DNA of 64,000 nt from Candidatus Marinacidobacterium sp. (GCA_965220965.1 OZ244852.1:128001-192000); one strand, 5' to 3'; positions 10,574-20,944 are shown, counted from the stretch's first letter. Notes: generated from the letters alone by a model not told the origin. Numbers and translations are program-made.

Positions 10574-10828
10574 TCAGGCCCCCGCTTCCCGGTCGATGCG
10601 CTCGTCGTCGGCCCGGTCGCGCACGAAGATGACGAGGAACGTGAAGAAGACGGCCGCGATCATCAGGCACAGCCACACCATCGAGAACGGCATCCCGAGG
10701 ACGAACGGCTCGATCCCGCCGACCCACGAGTAGATCGGCCAGACGCTGAAGATCAGCACGTCCACGCCGACGCCGAACCCGATCAGGTGCCGCCAGCGCA
10801 GGACGGTCCCGGGTTCCGGCGCGCTCAC
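10574..10828 (-). CDS. Small membrane protein (DUF3311-like SSS accessory subunit)
   Basis: IEPFVLGMPFSMVW motif, directly upstream of the SSS gene; GTG overlaps upstream stop. Confidence 0.8.
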   Translation of the reverse strand: MSAPEPGTVLRWRHLIGFGVGVDVLIFSVWPIYSWVGGIEPFVLGMPFSMVWLCLMIAAVFFTFLVIFVRDRADDERIDREAGA

Positions 10829-11685
10829 CGCTCCACGACCTCGATCTGGAACAGCGCCGGCCACTTCTTGCCGGTCACGAAGAGGCGTTCTCCCTCGGGA
10901 TCCCACGCGATGCCGTTCAGCACGTCGCTGTCGGGAAGCCGCCTTTCCGGAGCGAGGATCCCGCTCAGGTCGACGAACGAGGTGACGACCCCGTCCTCCG
11001 GCCGGATCCGCGCGATCCGGTCCTCGGTCCAGATGTTGGCCCAGATCTCTCCCCGGATCCACTCGAGCTCGTTCAGGTTCGACAGCGGCTCGCCGTCCGC
11101 GGTGACCGGGAGCGCGCCGGTCTCGCGCAGGCTTCCGGCGTCGAGGAAGCGCAGCGTGTCGGTTCCGTCGCTCATCACGAAGCGCGTCCCGTCGAACGTC
11201 AGACCCCATCCCTCGCCCCGGTAGCGAAACTCGCCCAGCAGCCGGAAGGACTCCGCGTCGTAGACGAACCCGATCCCCGACCTCCAGGTGAGCTGGACGA
11301 TCCGGCCGCCGCCGAGCGCCGACCCCTCCCCGAAGAACAGCGGCAACAGGTCGCGCTGCTCGATCACCCGGCCGGTCTCGAGTTCGACCCTCCGCAGCGA
11401 CGACTCGCCGTAGAGCCCGGTGCTCTCGTAGAGGACGCCGTCGTCAAAGAACAGCCCCTGGGTGAAGGCCCCGGGGTCGTGCGGGAACTCCCGGACCACC
11501 CGGTAACCGAGCTGTCCGACATCCTCGGGCGCGGGGGCCCCGATTTCCGGCGGAGCGGCCGGCGGCTCGACCACCACCGCCCCCGCCGACTCCCCGCAGG
11601 CCCACGCCGCGCCGGAAGCGGCGACCCAGACAGCCCAGAGCCGCAGGGGCCGGACGATCCGCCGCAGGGTCACGCCCCGAATCAT
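10825..11685 (-). CDS. Glutaminyl-peptide cyclotransferase (bacterial QC), lipoprotein
   Basis: FPHDPGAFTQGL, YESTGLYG, FGEG, QLTW, EGWGL, LNELEW, VLNGIAW, VTGKKWP. Confidence 0.93.
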   Translation of the reverse strand: MIRGVTLRRIVRPLRLWAVWVAASGAAWACGESAGAVVVEPPAAPPEIGAPAPEDVGQLGYRVVREFPHDPGAFTQGLFFDDGVLYESTGLYGESSLRRVELETGRVIEQRDLLPLFFGEGSALGGGRIVQLTWRSGIGFVYDAESFRLLGEFRYRGEGWGLTFDGTRFVMSDGTDTLRFLDAGSLRETGALPVTADGEPLSNLNELEWIRGEIWANIWTEDRIARIRPEDGVVTSFVDLSGILAPERRLPDSDVLNGIAWDPEGERLFVTGKKWPALFQIEVVER

Positions 11686-11839
11686 CCCACGCCGGGGAGC
11701 GGGCCCGGGCTGCGGCGCCCTGATGGCGACCTGGAAGCCGGGTGGGCCCCCCGAGAGGTGTCGCGCCTGGGTGCCTAGGCGGGCGCGCCCGCGTCAGGTC
11801 CTCGGGGGGGATGAGCGCCGCCTGGCGCCTGTTGCGGGG

Positions 11840-11925
11840 ATGGGGAGGGCCCGTCCTCCCGGGGAGGGTTCGGGAGGGGTTTCCCCTCCCGAGAGAGAAG
11901 TTGCGCTCCCGGCCCGAAGGGCCGC
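11840..11925. repeat. GC-rich hairpin element related to 23335-23357
   Basis: CGGGAGGGG-TTT-CCCCTCCCG and GGCCC-GAA-GGGCC hairpins in a 320-bp intergenic gap. Confidence 0.4.
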
Positions 11926-12004
11926 GTGGGGGGGGCCTGAGCGGTGATGTCGTAGTGGCGACTCGCAGAAACGTAGCCCCCTCCCCCCGTACCGCCCGGT
12001 CTGC

Positions 12005-13330
12005 TCAGACCGGCAGGTGTTCGCGTGTCAGGTTGCGGGGCGCGCCCCCGGTCACCAGCAGGTTGTCCTCGATCCGGACGCCTCCGTAGGGCAGCAGTTC
12101 CTCGACCGCATCCCAGTCGACGGCGGACCGCCGCTTTCCCGCGCGCCACTTCTCGAGGAGCATCGGGATGAAGTAGACGCCCGGCTCCATCGTGATGACG
12201 TGTCCGGCCTCCAGCGTGCGGGTCGTCCGGAGCGAGGGGTGTCCCTCCGGCGGCGCGGCGCGGCTTCCGTCGGGCGCCGCGAGGTGGCCGCCCACATCGT
12301 GGACCTGGATCCCGAGGAAGTGCCCCAGCCCGTGCGGGAAGAACACCCGGCTGAGACCCCGGTCCACCGCTTCGTCCGCGGCAACCCGGATCACGCCCTC
12401 GTCCTTCAGCACCCCGGAGAGCGCCAGGTGCGCTTCGGCGTGGAGCTCGGCCCACGGACGGCCGTCGCGAACTTCGTCGCAGAGCGCCTGCTGCGCACCC
12501 TCCATCGCGGCGGCCAGCGACCGGAAGCGGTCGCTGGCCTTCGCCCCGGCGCGCGTCCGGGTGATGTCCGAGGCGTATCCGGCGACGCGCGCTCCGGCGT
12601 CGATCAACAGGCTCCGCCCCTCGCGGACGTCGCGGCGCTTCCCTTCGTAATGCAGCACCGCGCCCTTCTCGTTCAGCCCCACGATCGTCGGGTAGGGGAG
12701 GGCAGCTTCCTCGTCCCCGACGGCCTCCACGAACGCCCGGTGAATGTCCAGCTCGCTCCCTCCCGCGTGGAAGGCCGCCTCCGCCGCCAGGTGTCCTTCG
12801 GCGGCGACCCGGTTCGCCTCGGAGATGCGATCCACTTCGTAGTCGGTCTTGATGGCCCGCCGCCAGTCCATCCGGTTCAGCAGGTCCTGCGGGTTCCACG
12901 CGAGACCGAGCAGCTCCGCCACCGCGGGGTGTTCGCCGATGAAGGCGGACCGCTTCGAGGGCAGGCGCCGCGCGATCTCCGTCACCTGCGCCCGACGGGA
13001 GCCGCACTCCGCGACCTTGAACCCGGCCGCCCAGTCCGGTTTCCCGATGCGCTGCGGCTCGTACCAGAAGTCGTCCGGGCAGTGCGCCGCGAGGAACGGC
13101 TTCTTCCCCGGCCTCAGGAGCAGGAGGTGGTGCGGAGCCTCCACCGGGCAGAAGTGCAGGAAGTGCGCATTCGCCCGGAAGGGCGCGGGCTGGTCATCCC
13201 GGAAATGGACGTACGGGGCCCCCGCCCCGATGACCACCGCCGCGTAACCGCAGGCGCCCAGATCTTCGCTGACGCCCGCCAGCCGGAGGGCGAGATGTTC
13301 GGCCCACAGGTCGCCGTTACTGTCGGTCAT
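12005..13330 (-). CDS. pepQ: Xaa-Pro dipeptidase (prolidase, M24B)
   Basis: F.DDQ..PFRANAHF, IDAGA...YASDITRT, PHGLGHFLGIQVHDVGG, TMEPG, GGVRIEDN. Confidence 0.93.
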   Translation of the reverse strand: MTDSNGDLWAEHLALRLAGVSEDLGACGYAAVVIGAGAPYVHFRDDQPAPFRANAHFLHFCPVEAPHHLLLLRPGKKPFLAAHCPDDFWYEPQRIGKPDWAAGFKVAECGSRRAQVTEIARRLPSKRSAFIGEHPAVAELLGLAWNPQDLLNRMDWRRAIKTDYEVDRISEANRVAAEGHLAAEAAFHAGGSELDIHRAFVEAVGDEEAALPYPTIVGLNEKGAVLHYEGKRRDVREGRSLLIDAGARVAGYASDITRTRAGAKASDRFRSLAAAMEGAQQALCDEVRDGRPWAELHAEAHLALSGVLKDEGVIRVAADEAVDRGLSRVFFPHGLGHFLGIQVHDVGGHLAAPDGSRAAPPEGHPSLRTTRTLEAGHVITMEPGVYFIPMLLEKWRAGKRRSAVDWDAVEELLPYGGVRIEDNLLVTGGAPRNLTREHLPV

Positions 13331-13515
13331 GACGACGAAACTCTACTGACCGCCGCGCCTTCTCCCGGGGATTTCCCCCGGCGCCGCCCGGCGCCGCCGC
13401 CGGCTGCGAGCGCGGCTCATCCCCGGCGCCGCTCGTCCCGTGGTGGCCACTGCTGTGGTACGTTTGGCGGTTCGAGTCCAACGCGGCCGCGGGCCGCCAT
13501 TCCGGAGACACCCCC

Positions 13516-13851
13516 ATGAAACGCATCCTTTTTCTTCTCTCGGTTCTCGCTCTGGCGCTCGGCTTCGCCGCCTTCGCCTCCGCCGACGAGGCGACGTACA
13601 CCGGCTGGATCTCCGACGCCGCCTGCGCCAAGGACTATTCCAAGGCGGCCGACGCCGGCCACAAGGGCTGCGCCACCGGCTGTCTCTCGAACGGCGACAG
13701 CGTCGCGCTCGCGAGTCCCGACGGATTCCACATTCTCGACATCTCCACCGAGATGGCGCTCGAGCATCTCGGCATGGAAGTCCAGGTGACCGGAACGCTC
13801 GACGAGGCCACGAACACCATCCAGGTCACGTCGATCAAGGCCAGTTCCTGA
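13516..13851 (+). CDS. Small secreted hypothetical protein with conserved Cys (OB-fold-like)
   Basis: Signal peptide, YTGWISDAAC...CATGC, V.VTGTL; GGAG RBS. Confidence 0.75.
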   Translation: MKRILFLLSVLALALGFAAFASADEATYTGWISDAACAKDYSKAADAGHKGCATGCLSNGDSVALASPDGFHILDISTEMALEHLGMEVQVTGTLDEATNTIQVTSIKASS

Positions 13852-14014
13852 TCGGCTCGTCCCGACCCTCGGACCCGGGATTCGCAACGCGCTGTTGCGG
13901 TGTCGCGGGTGTGGCGCTTGACTGGTGGAAGCCGGTCGGCGTCATGTGATACATTCCGAACGCTTTTATGGACCGGGCCGCGCCCGGAAGCCCCAGCCTA
14001 TGGAGGTAGGTGGC

Positions 14015-15841
14015 ATGAAGTCCCCTGATCGGAGTTTTCCGAATCGCACTCCCCTGTCCACGGCCAGCCGTGTTCTCTTTGTGCTGTTCCTCGCGCTCGG
14101 CGCGGGCCTCGGGTGGGTAGCCTGCGGCGACGAAGAGACGACGGCCCCCGCGCCGACGCCGACGCCCACGCCGACCCCAACCCCCGCGCCGGAGCCTGCG
14201 GCTCCGTCCGTTCCTGGCAACCTGAGGGTTTCCGCGACCGGGCCGACGTGGATCGAGTGGGCCTGGGACGCCGTTGACGGCGCAGGCGGCTACGAGGCGC
14301 AGTTCAGCGCGGACGACTCGTTCACCGACGAGGATCCGACCTTCCTGAAGACCGCGGAGCAGACCAGCCACCGCGTGGAGAACCTCGCTGGCGCGACGTC
14401 GGGGAACTTCCGCGTGCGCGCCGTGGTCGGAAGCGGGGACGACGCGGAGCGCAGCGACTGGTCCGCCTCGGTTTCGGGCATGACCGACGCCTCCGGGCCG
14501 GCGCCCGGGCCCACGCCGCTGGCGACGCCCGGCAACCTCCGCTCGACCGACCGGGACAGCACCAGCATCGATCTCGCGTGGAACTCCGTTCCGAACGCCG
14601 ACGGCTACGAGATCGAGCAGCGGGAGGACGGCGAGTCCGCCTGGAGCACCGCGAGCTGCAGCGGCTCGGACAACCTGGTCGACGGGACGAGCTGCGAGGT
14701 CACCGGACTGGACCGCGGAACGTCCTATGACTTCCGGGTGCGGGCGCTTCCGGAGCAGGGAACCGACCTCGGCAACAGCGAGTGGGCCGAGACGTCCAGC
14801 GCGATCAGCACGACCGGCACGGCCGCGGCGCCGCCGGCGAGCACCGGTGAGGGCGACCTGAACGTCACCTGGTCGACGACGGGAACCGCGATCACCTGGT
14901 ACTGGGAGCAGGTCGAGGACCGGACCGTGGAATACGAGACCGCGATCGTTGACGGCGCCGTTGGCGAGGCCGAGTGTCCCGACGGTGACAGCGCCGACTG
15001 GACGAGCCAGAACGGGGCGACCCGGCAGAGCGCCGACGTGACCGCCGGCGGCGTGCGGCTCCTCTGCGTGCGCACCAACACCGATGATGGCCCGAGCGCG
15101 CCCTCCTTCGCCTGGGCGACGATCCCGGTCGATCTGGGCGCCGCCACCGCGAACGACAACGCCGCGGGCACCAGCACGACCTCCATCAGCGTTGCCGGAG
15201 TTGTCCTGAACCCCGGCTTCAGCTACGACTTCCGCCAGTTGATCACCAGCGTGAGCGACGCTTCCTTCGCCGCCGGCGATTGCAAGGATGGAACGGCGCT
15301 GGACGCCGAGACGACGGACATCACCGTCACCCTGGGCGCCTACCGGATCACGAACCTCGCGAGCTACACGCGCTACGGCGTCTGCTACCGGGCCGAGACC
15401 GACGCCGGAGAGTCGGCGTGGCAGCTCACCGAGACGGGAGCGGTCACGCTTCCGGGCGCGCCGCCGAGCCCGAGGGCTGTGGACACGAGCCTGGACGCCG
15501 GCTCCACGGACCTGGAGTGGACCGTGGCCTCCCGGGGCCGGGACGACATCCCGCGCAGCGGCGTGGCCGCCAATTACGAGTTCAAGGTGCTCGTTGCGGC
15601 GGCCAACGGAAGGAATCCGGTCGTCGCCGATTGCTCGACGCCCGGAGACGGCGTCACCGAGCAGCGAGGCGCGATCACTTCAACGAACACGCAGGACGGC
15701 TTCGACGTTACGGCCGTGATCACGGCCCCCTCGACGGCCATGGACTACGCGCTGTGCGTCCAGGCCAAGCTGGACGGCAGCAACCGCGTCGGCCCCTGGG
15801 CGATCGGCCAGGAGATCCGGATCGCGGCTCCGAGTTCCTGA
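14015..15841 (+). CDS. Fibronectin type III repeat lipoprotein, paralog 1
   Basis: Lipobox WVAC, PT-repeat linker, PGNL..W..V..A.GYE and GL..GTSYDFRVRA Fn3 motifs. Confidence 0.85.
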   Translation: MKSPDRSFPNRTPLSTASRVLFVLFLALGAGLGWVACGDEETTAPAPTPTPTPTPTPAPEPAAPSVPGNLRVSATGPTWIEWAWDAVDGAGGYEAQFSADDSFTDEDPTFLKTAEQTSHRVENLAGATSGNFRVRAVVGSGDDAERSDWSASVSGMTDASGPAPGPTPLATPGNLRSTDRDSTSIDLAWNSVPNADGYEIEQREDGESAWSTASCSGSDNLVDGTSCEVTGLDRGTSYDFRVRALPEQGTDLGNSEWAETSSAISTTGTAAAPPASTGEGDLNVTWSTTGTAITWYWEQVEDRTVEYETAIVDGAVGEAECPDGDSADWTSQNGATRQSADVTAGGVRLLCVRTNTDDGPSAPSFAWATIPVDLGAATANDNAAGTSTTSISVAGVVLNPGFSYDFRQLITSVSDASFAAGDCKDGTALDAETTDITVTLGAYRITNLASYTRYGVCYRAETDAGESAWQLTETGAVTLPGAPPSPRAVDTSLDAGSTDLEWTVASRGRDDIPRSGVAANYEFKVLVAAANGRNPVVADCSTPGDGVTEQRGAITSTNTQDGFDVTAVITAPSTAMDYALCVQAKLDGSNRVGPWAIGQEIRIAAPSS

Positions 15842-15934
15842 TCGAGGCGGGGCGACCGGCCCGGTGGGCAGCGACCTTGCGTCGCGCGCCCGCCGGGCCC
15901 CGCCCCGGTACCCCGGCTTCCGGACGGGGCTGGC

Positions 15935-17737
15935 GTGAAGTCGCCTGATCCGGGTTCTCCGGATCGCGCCCGAGCGGGCGGTGTCCCGCTCGCGCTGTTT
16001 CTGGCGCTTTGCGTCAGCATCGGATGGGTCGCCTGTGGCGACGGGGATCCGGCCCCGACGCCGGATCCGGCGCCGACCCCCGCTCCGGAGCCGCAGACCC
16101 CAGTGGCGCCCGGGGACCTCCGGGTGGCGGGGACCGGGCCCACCTGGATCGAGTGGGCCTGGGCCGCGGTGTCGGGCGCGAGCGGCTACGAGGCGCAGTT
16201 CAGCCACGACCCCTCGTTCACGTCGGAGGACCCGACGTTCCTGAAGACGGCGGCGGAGACGAGCCACCGGGTGGAGAACCTTCCCGGGGCGACGTCGGGC
16301 CTCTTCCGCGTCCGCACGCTGGTGGGAAGCGGGAGCAACGCGGTCCGGAGCGACTGGTCGGCAACGGTCTCTGGCATGACCGACGCCGCCGGGCCGGCGC
16401 CCGGGCCGACCCCGCTGGCGACGCCCGGCAACCTCCGCGCGACCGGACAGGGCGACGACCGCATCGATCTGGCGTGGAACGGCGTCCCGGACGCCGACGG
16501 CTACGAGATCGAGCAGCGGGTCGACGGAGCGACCGCATGGAGCAGCGCGAGCTGCGGCGGCTCGGACAACCTGGTCGACGGGACAAGCTGCGCGGTCACC
16601 GGACTGGACCGGGGGACGGCGTATGACTTCCGGGTGCGGGCGCTTCCGGACCTGGGGGATGATCGGCGCGCGGTGAGCGCGTGGTTGGAGACGGCGAGCG
16701 CGATCAGCACGACGGGTACGCCGGCGGCGCCGCCCGTCAGTAGCGGCGGCGGCGACCTGAACGTCACCTGGACTTCGAACCGGAACGAGGTCACCTGGTT
16801 CTGGGATCAGGCGGATGACCGGGCGGCGAACCACGAGACGGCGCTCCTCGACAAGGAAATCTTCGGCGCCAGGACATGTCCGGACCCGGACTCCAGCAGG
16901 TGGACGAACCAGGGCGCGTCGACCCGCCTGAGCGACCCGAACGTGGAGGCCGGAGAGGTGCTTCTGCTCTGTGTGCGCACGAGGTCCGGCGACGCCGTGA
17001 GCGCGCCCTCGTTCGCCTGGGCGACGATCCCGACCGATCCGGGCGCCGTCACCCCCAGTGACGCGAACGGCCGGACGACCGCCATCAGCGTTTCCGGCAT
17101 CGAGCTGAGCCCCGGCTTCCGCTACGTCTTCCGCCGGGTGGCCACCAGCGTCATCGACACGTCCTTCGCCATCAGCGACTGCGAGGGCGGAACGGCGCTC
17201 GGAACCGAGTCCAGCGACATCGCGATCCCGCTGGACGCCTACCGGATGACGGGCCTCGCGAGCTACACGCGCTACGGCCTCTGCTACCGGGCGGAGACCG
17301 ACTCGGGGGAGTCGGCGTGGCGGTTCACTCCGACGGGCGCCCTGACCCTTCCCGGGGCGCCGTCGACTCCGAGCGCGGTGTCCTCGAGTCTGGCCGCCGG
17401 GTCGGTGACCCTGGAGTGGACGGTGGCCACCCGCGACCGGGCGGACGTTCCGAGGAGCGGGACCGCCGACAACTACAACTTCAGGGTTCTCTCCGCGCTG
17501 GCCACCGGACCGGATCCGACCGCCGCCGATTGCTCGACGCCGGGGAACGATGTGATCGACACCGGTCGCTCGGTCAACCCGTCGAACACGCAGGACGGCT
17601 TCCTCGCGACGACGCGGCTCCGCGCCGCCCCGAGGGCGAGCACCGACTATTCGCTCTGCGTCCAGGCGAAGCTGTCAAATGACCGGACCGGCCCCTGGAC
17701 GATCGGCCAGGAGATCCGCATCGCGGGAACTTCCTGA
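15935..17737 (+). CDS. Fibronectin type III repeat lipoprotein, paralog 2
   Basis: Colinear with 14015-15841; same lipobox, Fn3 motifs and Cys positions. Confidence 0.83.
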   Translation: MKSPDPGSPDRARAGGVPLALFLALCVSIGWVACGDGDPAPTPDPAPTPAPEPQTPVAPGDLRVAGTGPTWIEWAWAAVSGASGYEAQFSHDPSFTSEDPTFLKTAAETSHRVENLPGATSGLFRVRTLVGSGSNAVRSDWSATVSGMTDAAGPAPGPTPLATPGNLRATGQGDDRIDLAWNGVPDADGYEIEQRVDGATAWSSASCGGSDNLVDGTSCAVTGLDRGTAYDFRVRALPDLGDDRRAVSAWLETASAISTTGTPAAPPVSSGGGDLNVTWTSNRNEVTWFWDQADDRAANHETALLDKEIFGARTCPDPDSSRWTNQGASTRLSDPNVEAGEVLLLCVRTRSGDAVSAPSFAWATIPTDPGAVTPSDANGRTTAISVSGIELSPGFRYVFRRVATSVIDTSFAISDCEGGTALGTESSDIAIPLDAYRMTGLASYTRYGLCYRAETDSGESAWRFTPTGALTLPGAPSTPSAVSSSLAAGSVTLEWTVATRDRADVPRSGTADNYNFRVLSALATGPDPTAADCSTPGNDVIDTGRSVNPSNTQDGFLATTRLRAAPRASTDYSLCVQAKLSNDRTGPWTIGQEIRIAGTS

Positions 17738-17825
17738 CCCGGTCTCCGGCCGTTCGGGGAGGCCCGGCGGCCCCGGAATCCCCGGACTCCGGTCGGGCGC
17801 CCGGAGGGCGCGGCCCCGGGCGATA

Positions 17826-19415
17826 ATGGAGCGTCGAGCGTCCATCGTGCCTCCGGAACCAGCGAACGCCGCGCGGCGGAAGCTGCCCATCGGCCTCCAG
17901 ACCTTTCGCACGGTCCGCGAAGGGGGCTACTACTACGTCGACAAGACGCCGTTCATCGAACGTCTGGTCGGTGGCGGGACGCACTACTTCCTCTCGCGCC
18001 CCCGCCGCTTCGGCAAGAGCCTGCTCCTGGACACGATCAAGGAGCTGTTCGAGGGGAACGAACCGCTCTTCCGGGGCCTGGCCATCCACGACCGCTGGGA
18101 CTGGTCCGCGCCGCATCCCGTCGTCCGGTTGAGCTTCGGGAGCGGGGACTTCGCGGAGCCGGGTGAAGTCCGGGCCGAGGCTCTGGACCAGGTGGAGGTT
18201 CTGGCGCAGGACGCCGGTCTTGCTCCCGGATCCGACCACCCGGCGCGCGCGCTCCGCCGCCTGATCCGTTCGCTCCACCAGGAGACCGGCCGGCGGGTGG
18301 TCGTGCTGGTGGACGAGTACGACAAGCCGATCCTCGACGCGCTTCGGGATCCGGAGATCGCGCGGGCGAACCGGAACTTCCTGCGAGGGCTCTACGGAGT
18401 CATCAAGGATTCGGACGCCCATGTCCGCTTCACGCTGCTCACCGGGGTCAGCAAGTTCTCGAAGGTGAACCTGTTCTCCGGGCTGAACAACCTCCGCGAC
18501 ATCACGCTGGATCCGCGTTATTCCTCGATCTGCGGCTACACGGAAGCCGACCTGGACACCGTGTTCGCCCCGGAGCTGCCGGGGCTCGACCGCGCGGCGA
18601 TCCGGGAGTGGTACGACGGCTACAACTGGCGGGGAGCGGAAAGCGTCTACAACCCCTTCGATGTGCTGCTGCTGTTCGATCGGCGCGAGTTCGGGACATA
18701 CTGGTTCGAGACCGCGACGCCGAGATTTCTCGTGGACACGCTGATGGAGCGCGGAGCGCCGACGTTTCGGCTCGACGGACTGATCGCGGACGACGCGCTG
18801 TTGTCGTCGTTCGAAGTGGAGGACATCGCGCCGGAGGCGCTGCTCTTCCAGACCGGGTATCTGACGATCCACGAGGCGGAGGAGGTCGAGGGGGAGATGT
18901 CCTACCGGCTGGGATATCCGAACCGCGAGGTCCGGCAGAGTCTGAACCGCTCGCTGGTGGGCCGCCTGACGAGCGGTTCCGTCGAGTGGCCGGAGCGGCG
19001 GCCAAGGCTGCTGGAAGCGCTCCGGAGGAGCGACTTCACCGGTCTGGAACAGGAGTTCCGGTCGCTCTTCGCCGGGATCCCGACCGAGTGGCATACCCGG
19101 AACGAGATCGCGCGGTACGAGGGGTATTACGCGAGCGTGTTCTACGCGTGTCTCGCGGCGCTCGGGATGGACATCCGGGTGGAGGACAGTTCGGCGGCGG
19201 GCCGGCTCGACCTGGCGCTGCTCCACGGCGGCCAGGTCGTCCTGTTCGAGTTCAAGGTCGTGGAGCGCGCCGGGGAGGGCGCCGCGCTCCGCCAGCTTCA
19301 GGACCGTGGGTATGCGGAGAAGTACCGAAGCCGGGGCGAGCCGATCCACCTGGTGGGGGTGGAGTTCAGCGAGAAGACCCGGAACCTGAGCGGGTTCGAG
19401 GTCGCGGCCGGCTGA
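17826..19415 (+). CDS. AAA-ATPase-like protein fused to PD-(D/E)XK nuclease (PDDEXK_9 type)
   Basis: KLPIGLQTF, YYVDKT, SRPRRFGKS, LVDEYDKP, WYDGY, YNPF, FQTGYLT, PNREV, GRLDL..FEFK; exact start uncertain. Confidence 0.9.
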   Translation: MERRASIVPPEPANAARRKLPIGLQTFRTVREGGYYYVDKTPFIERLVGGGTHYFLSRPRRFGKSLLLDTIKELFEGNEPLFRGLAIHDRWDWSAPHPVVRLSFGSGDFAEPGEVRAEALDQVEVLAQDAGLAPGSDHPARALRRLIRSLHQETGRRVVVLVDEYDKPILDALRDPEIARANRNFLRGLYGVIKDSDAHVRFTLLTGVSKFSKVNLFSGLNNLRDITLDPRYSSICGYTEADLDTVFAPELPGLDRAAIREWYDGYNWRGAESVYNPFDVLLLFDRREFGTYWFETATPRFLVDTLMERGAPTFRLDGLIADDALLSSFEVEDIAPEALLFQTGYLTIHEAEEVEGEMSYRLGYPNREVRQSLNRSLVGRLTSGSVEWPERRPRLLEALRRSDFTGLEQEFRSLFAGIPTEWHTRNEIARYEGYYASVFYACLAALGMDIRVEDSSAAGRLDLALLHGGQVVLFEFKVVERAGEGAALRQLQDRGYAEKYRSRGEPIHLVGVEFSEKTRNLSGFEVAAG

Positions 19416-19439
19416 AGGCCCGTCCGGGCGGGCGCCGAT

Positions 19440-19847
19440 CTACTCGTACGCCACCGACAGGCGGAAGCGGGCCCCCGCCTTCGCCGCCCGGTCGAGAATG
19501 CCCCGGAGCCCCTCGAGTTCCCCGAGGACGCCCGCCGCGTCGCCGAACTCCTCCGGCGCCGCCCGGACCGCGGCGCGCAGCGCGTCCACCAGCTCGAGGC
19601 CGGCGGCGGCCGAGAACCAGCCCGCCGGGCTCACCGAGTCCACGTCCGCGTCGAAGTTCAGGTCCGCCGCCAGGATCTCGGACTCCTCGGCGCTCAGGCT
19701 CACGAACTCGTCGAGCGGCTTGAGCCCGGCCTCCTCGGCCGCCTCGCTCAGTTCCCAGCGGGCGCGGTTCAGCGCGTGCCCGGCGAACGCCTCCGGTTCG
19801 GCGCCCTCGACCCGGCGGTCGAGCGCCACCGAAAGACCGACCGGCAT
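19440..19847 (-). CDS. Hypothetical protein
   Basis: Coding-like composition, acidic, fills the gap downstream of DUF1684. Confidence 0.65.
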   Translation of the reverse strand: MPVGLSVALDRRVEGAEPEAFAGHALNRARWELSEAAEEAGLKPLDEFVSLSAEESEILAADLNFDADVDSVSPAGWFSAAAGLELVDALRAAVRAAPEEFGDAAGVLGELEGLRGILDRAAKAGARFRLSVAYE

Positions 19848-19889
19848 GGCTTGAGGAAATCCGGCGCCGGGGTCCGCGTCAGGCGCCGG

Positions 19890-20873
19890 TCAGTCGTCGG
19901 TGGAAGTGACCACGCCCGGCTTGTAGGCGAGTTCGCCCGCCTCGACCCGGAAGGGCAGACGGTTCTGGGACGGCGGCGTCGGGCAGGTCGTGTAGGGGCT
20001 GAAGCCGCAGGGCGGTGACAGCGCCCGGTTGAAGTCCAGGATGACCCGGCCGTCCTCCGGCGGCGGAACCGTCAGGAACCGCGCCGCCGGGTAGGTCTCG
20101 CTGCCGCTCGTCCCGTCCGTCATCACGAAGAACAGGTTCCCGTTGGCGCGGGTGAACGCCTGCATCCGGATCGGCTGCCCGTCCCAGTCGAAGACGGCCT
20201 CGCCGTCCGTCACGTAGTCCTCGAGATCGCCGCGGATGTTCACCGCCTTCACCGCGAGCCGCTCCGGATAGGGTTCGAACGCGGCCTCCACCCGGAACGC
20301 GGGATCGAGCGGGAACCACTTGCGCCCGGTGAAGTCGGCGCGCAGCGGATGGTCGAGGTCGCGCAACCGGAGCGCCCGGCGCTCTCCGCTGGTGTGGAGC
20401 CAGAACCACACCCGGTCATCCAGAACGACCGCGTGGTCCTCGCCCACCGTGAGCTCGCCCTCCTCGAAGGGCTCGTCCCCCACCATCGCGGAGACGCCGT
20501 CGGCGACCCGCGCGTGCGCGGTCCCGTCGGCGCGGAAGGTCACGGACACCGCGAGTTCGGGGAACCGGTCGGCGATCCGCAGGTCGGCCTCCGCCCCCGA
20601 TCCGACGGTGTGCTCCCCGGGCGTCAGGAAGTGGATGCCCGCGACCGTGAGCCAGCTCCGGTCGGCTACCAGGGCGGCCTCCACATCGGCGCGGTAGGCG
20701 GTCTCGGCTTCGCGCCACGCGGACTCGTCGAACGGCGCCGGCGAGGGCGCGCACTTCACCGAGAGGAAGGCGACGAGCGCGCCTCCGGCGAGCAGCGTGA
20801 ACCGGTTCGCGCGCCGACATCGCCCCGCGCGCGGGAAGTGGATGCGACGCGGGGAGTGAAGGCGTACGGACAT
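19890..20873 (-). CDS. DUF1684 family protein
   Basis: WLTVAG, D.TSG.ETYPAARFL, LDFNRALSPPCGFSPYTTCP.PP.QNRLP..VEAGE; start uncertain. Confidence 0.88.
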   Translation of the reverse strand: MSVRLHSPRRIHFPRAGRCRRANRFTLLAGGALVAFLSVKCAPSPAPFDESAWREAETAYRADVEAALVADRSWLTVAGIHFLTPGEHTVGSGAEADLRIADRFPELAVSVTFRADGTAHARVADGVSAMVGDEPFEEGELTVGEDHAVVLDDRVWFWLHTSGERRALRLRDLDHPLRADFTGRKWFPLDPAFRVEAAFEPYPERLAVKAVNIRGDLEDYVTDGEAVFDWDGQPIRMQAFTRANGNLFFVMTDGTSGSETYPAARFLTVPPPEDGRVILDFNRALSPPCGFSPYTTCPTPPSQNRLPFRVEAGELAYKPGVVTSTDD

Positions 20874-20944
20874 GACGGGGCCAAGTCTACCGGGAGCGGG
20901 TGGGGAGAGCGCGAGCCCCGGAGCCGCGCCGGACGCCCGCGCCC

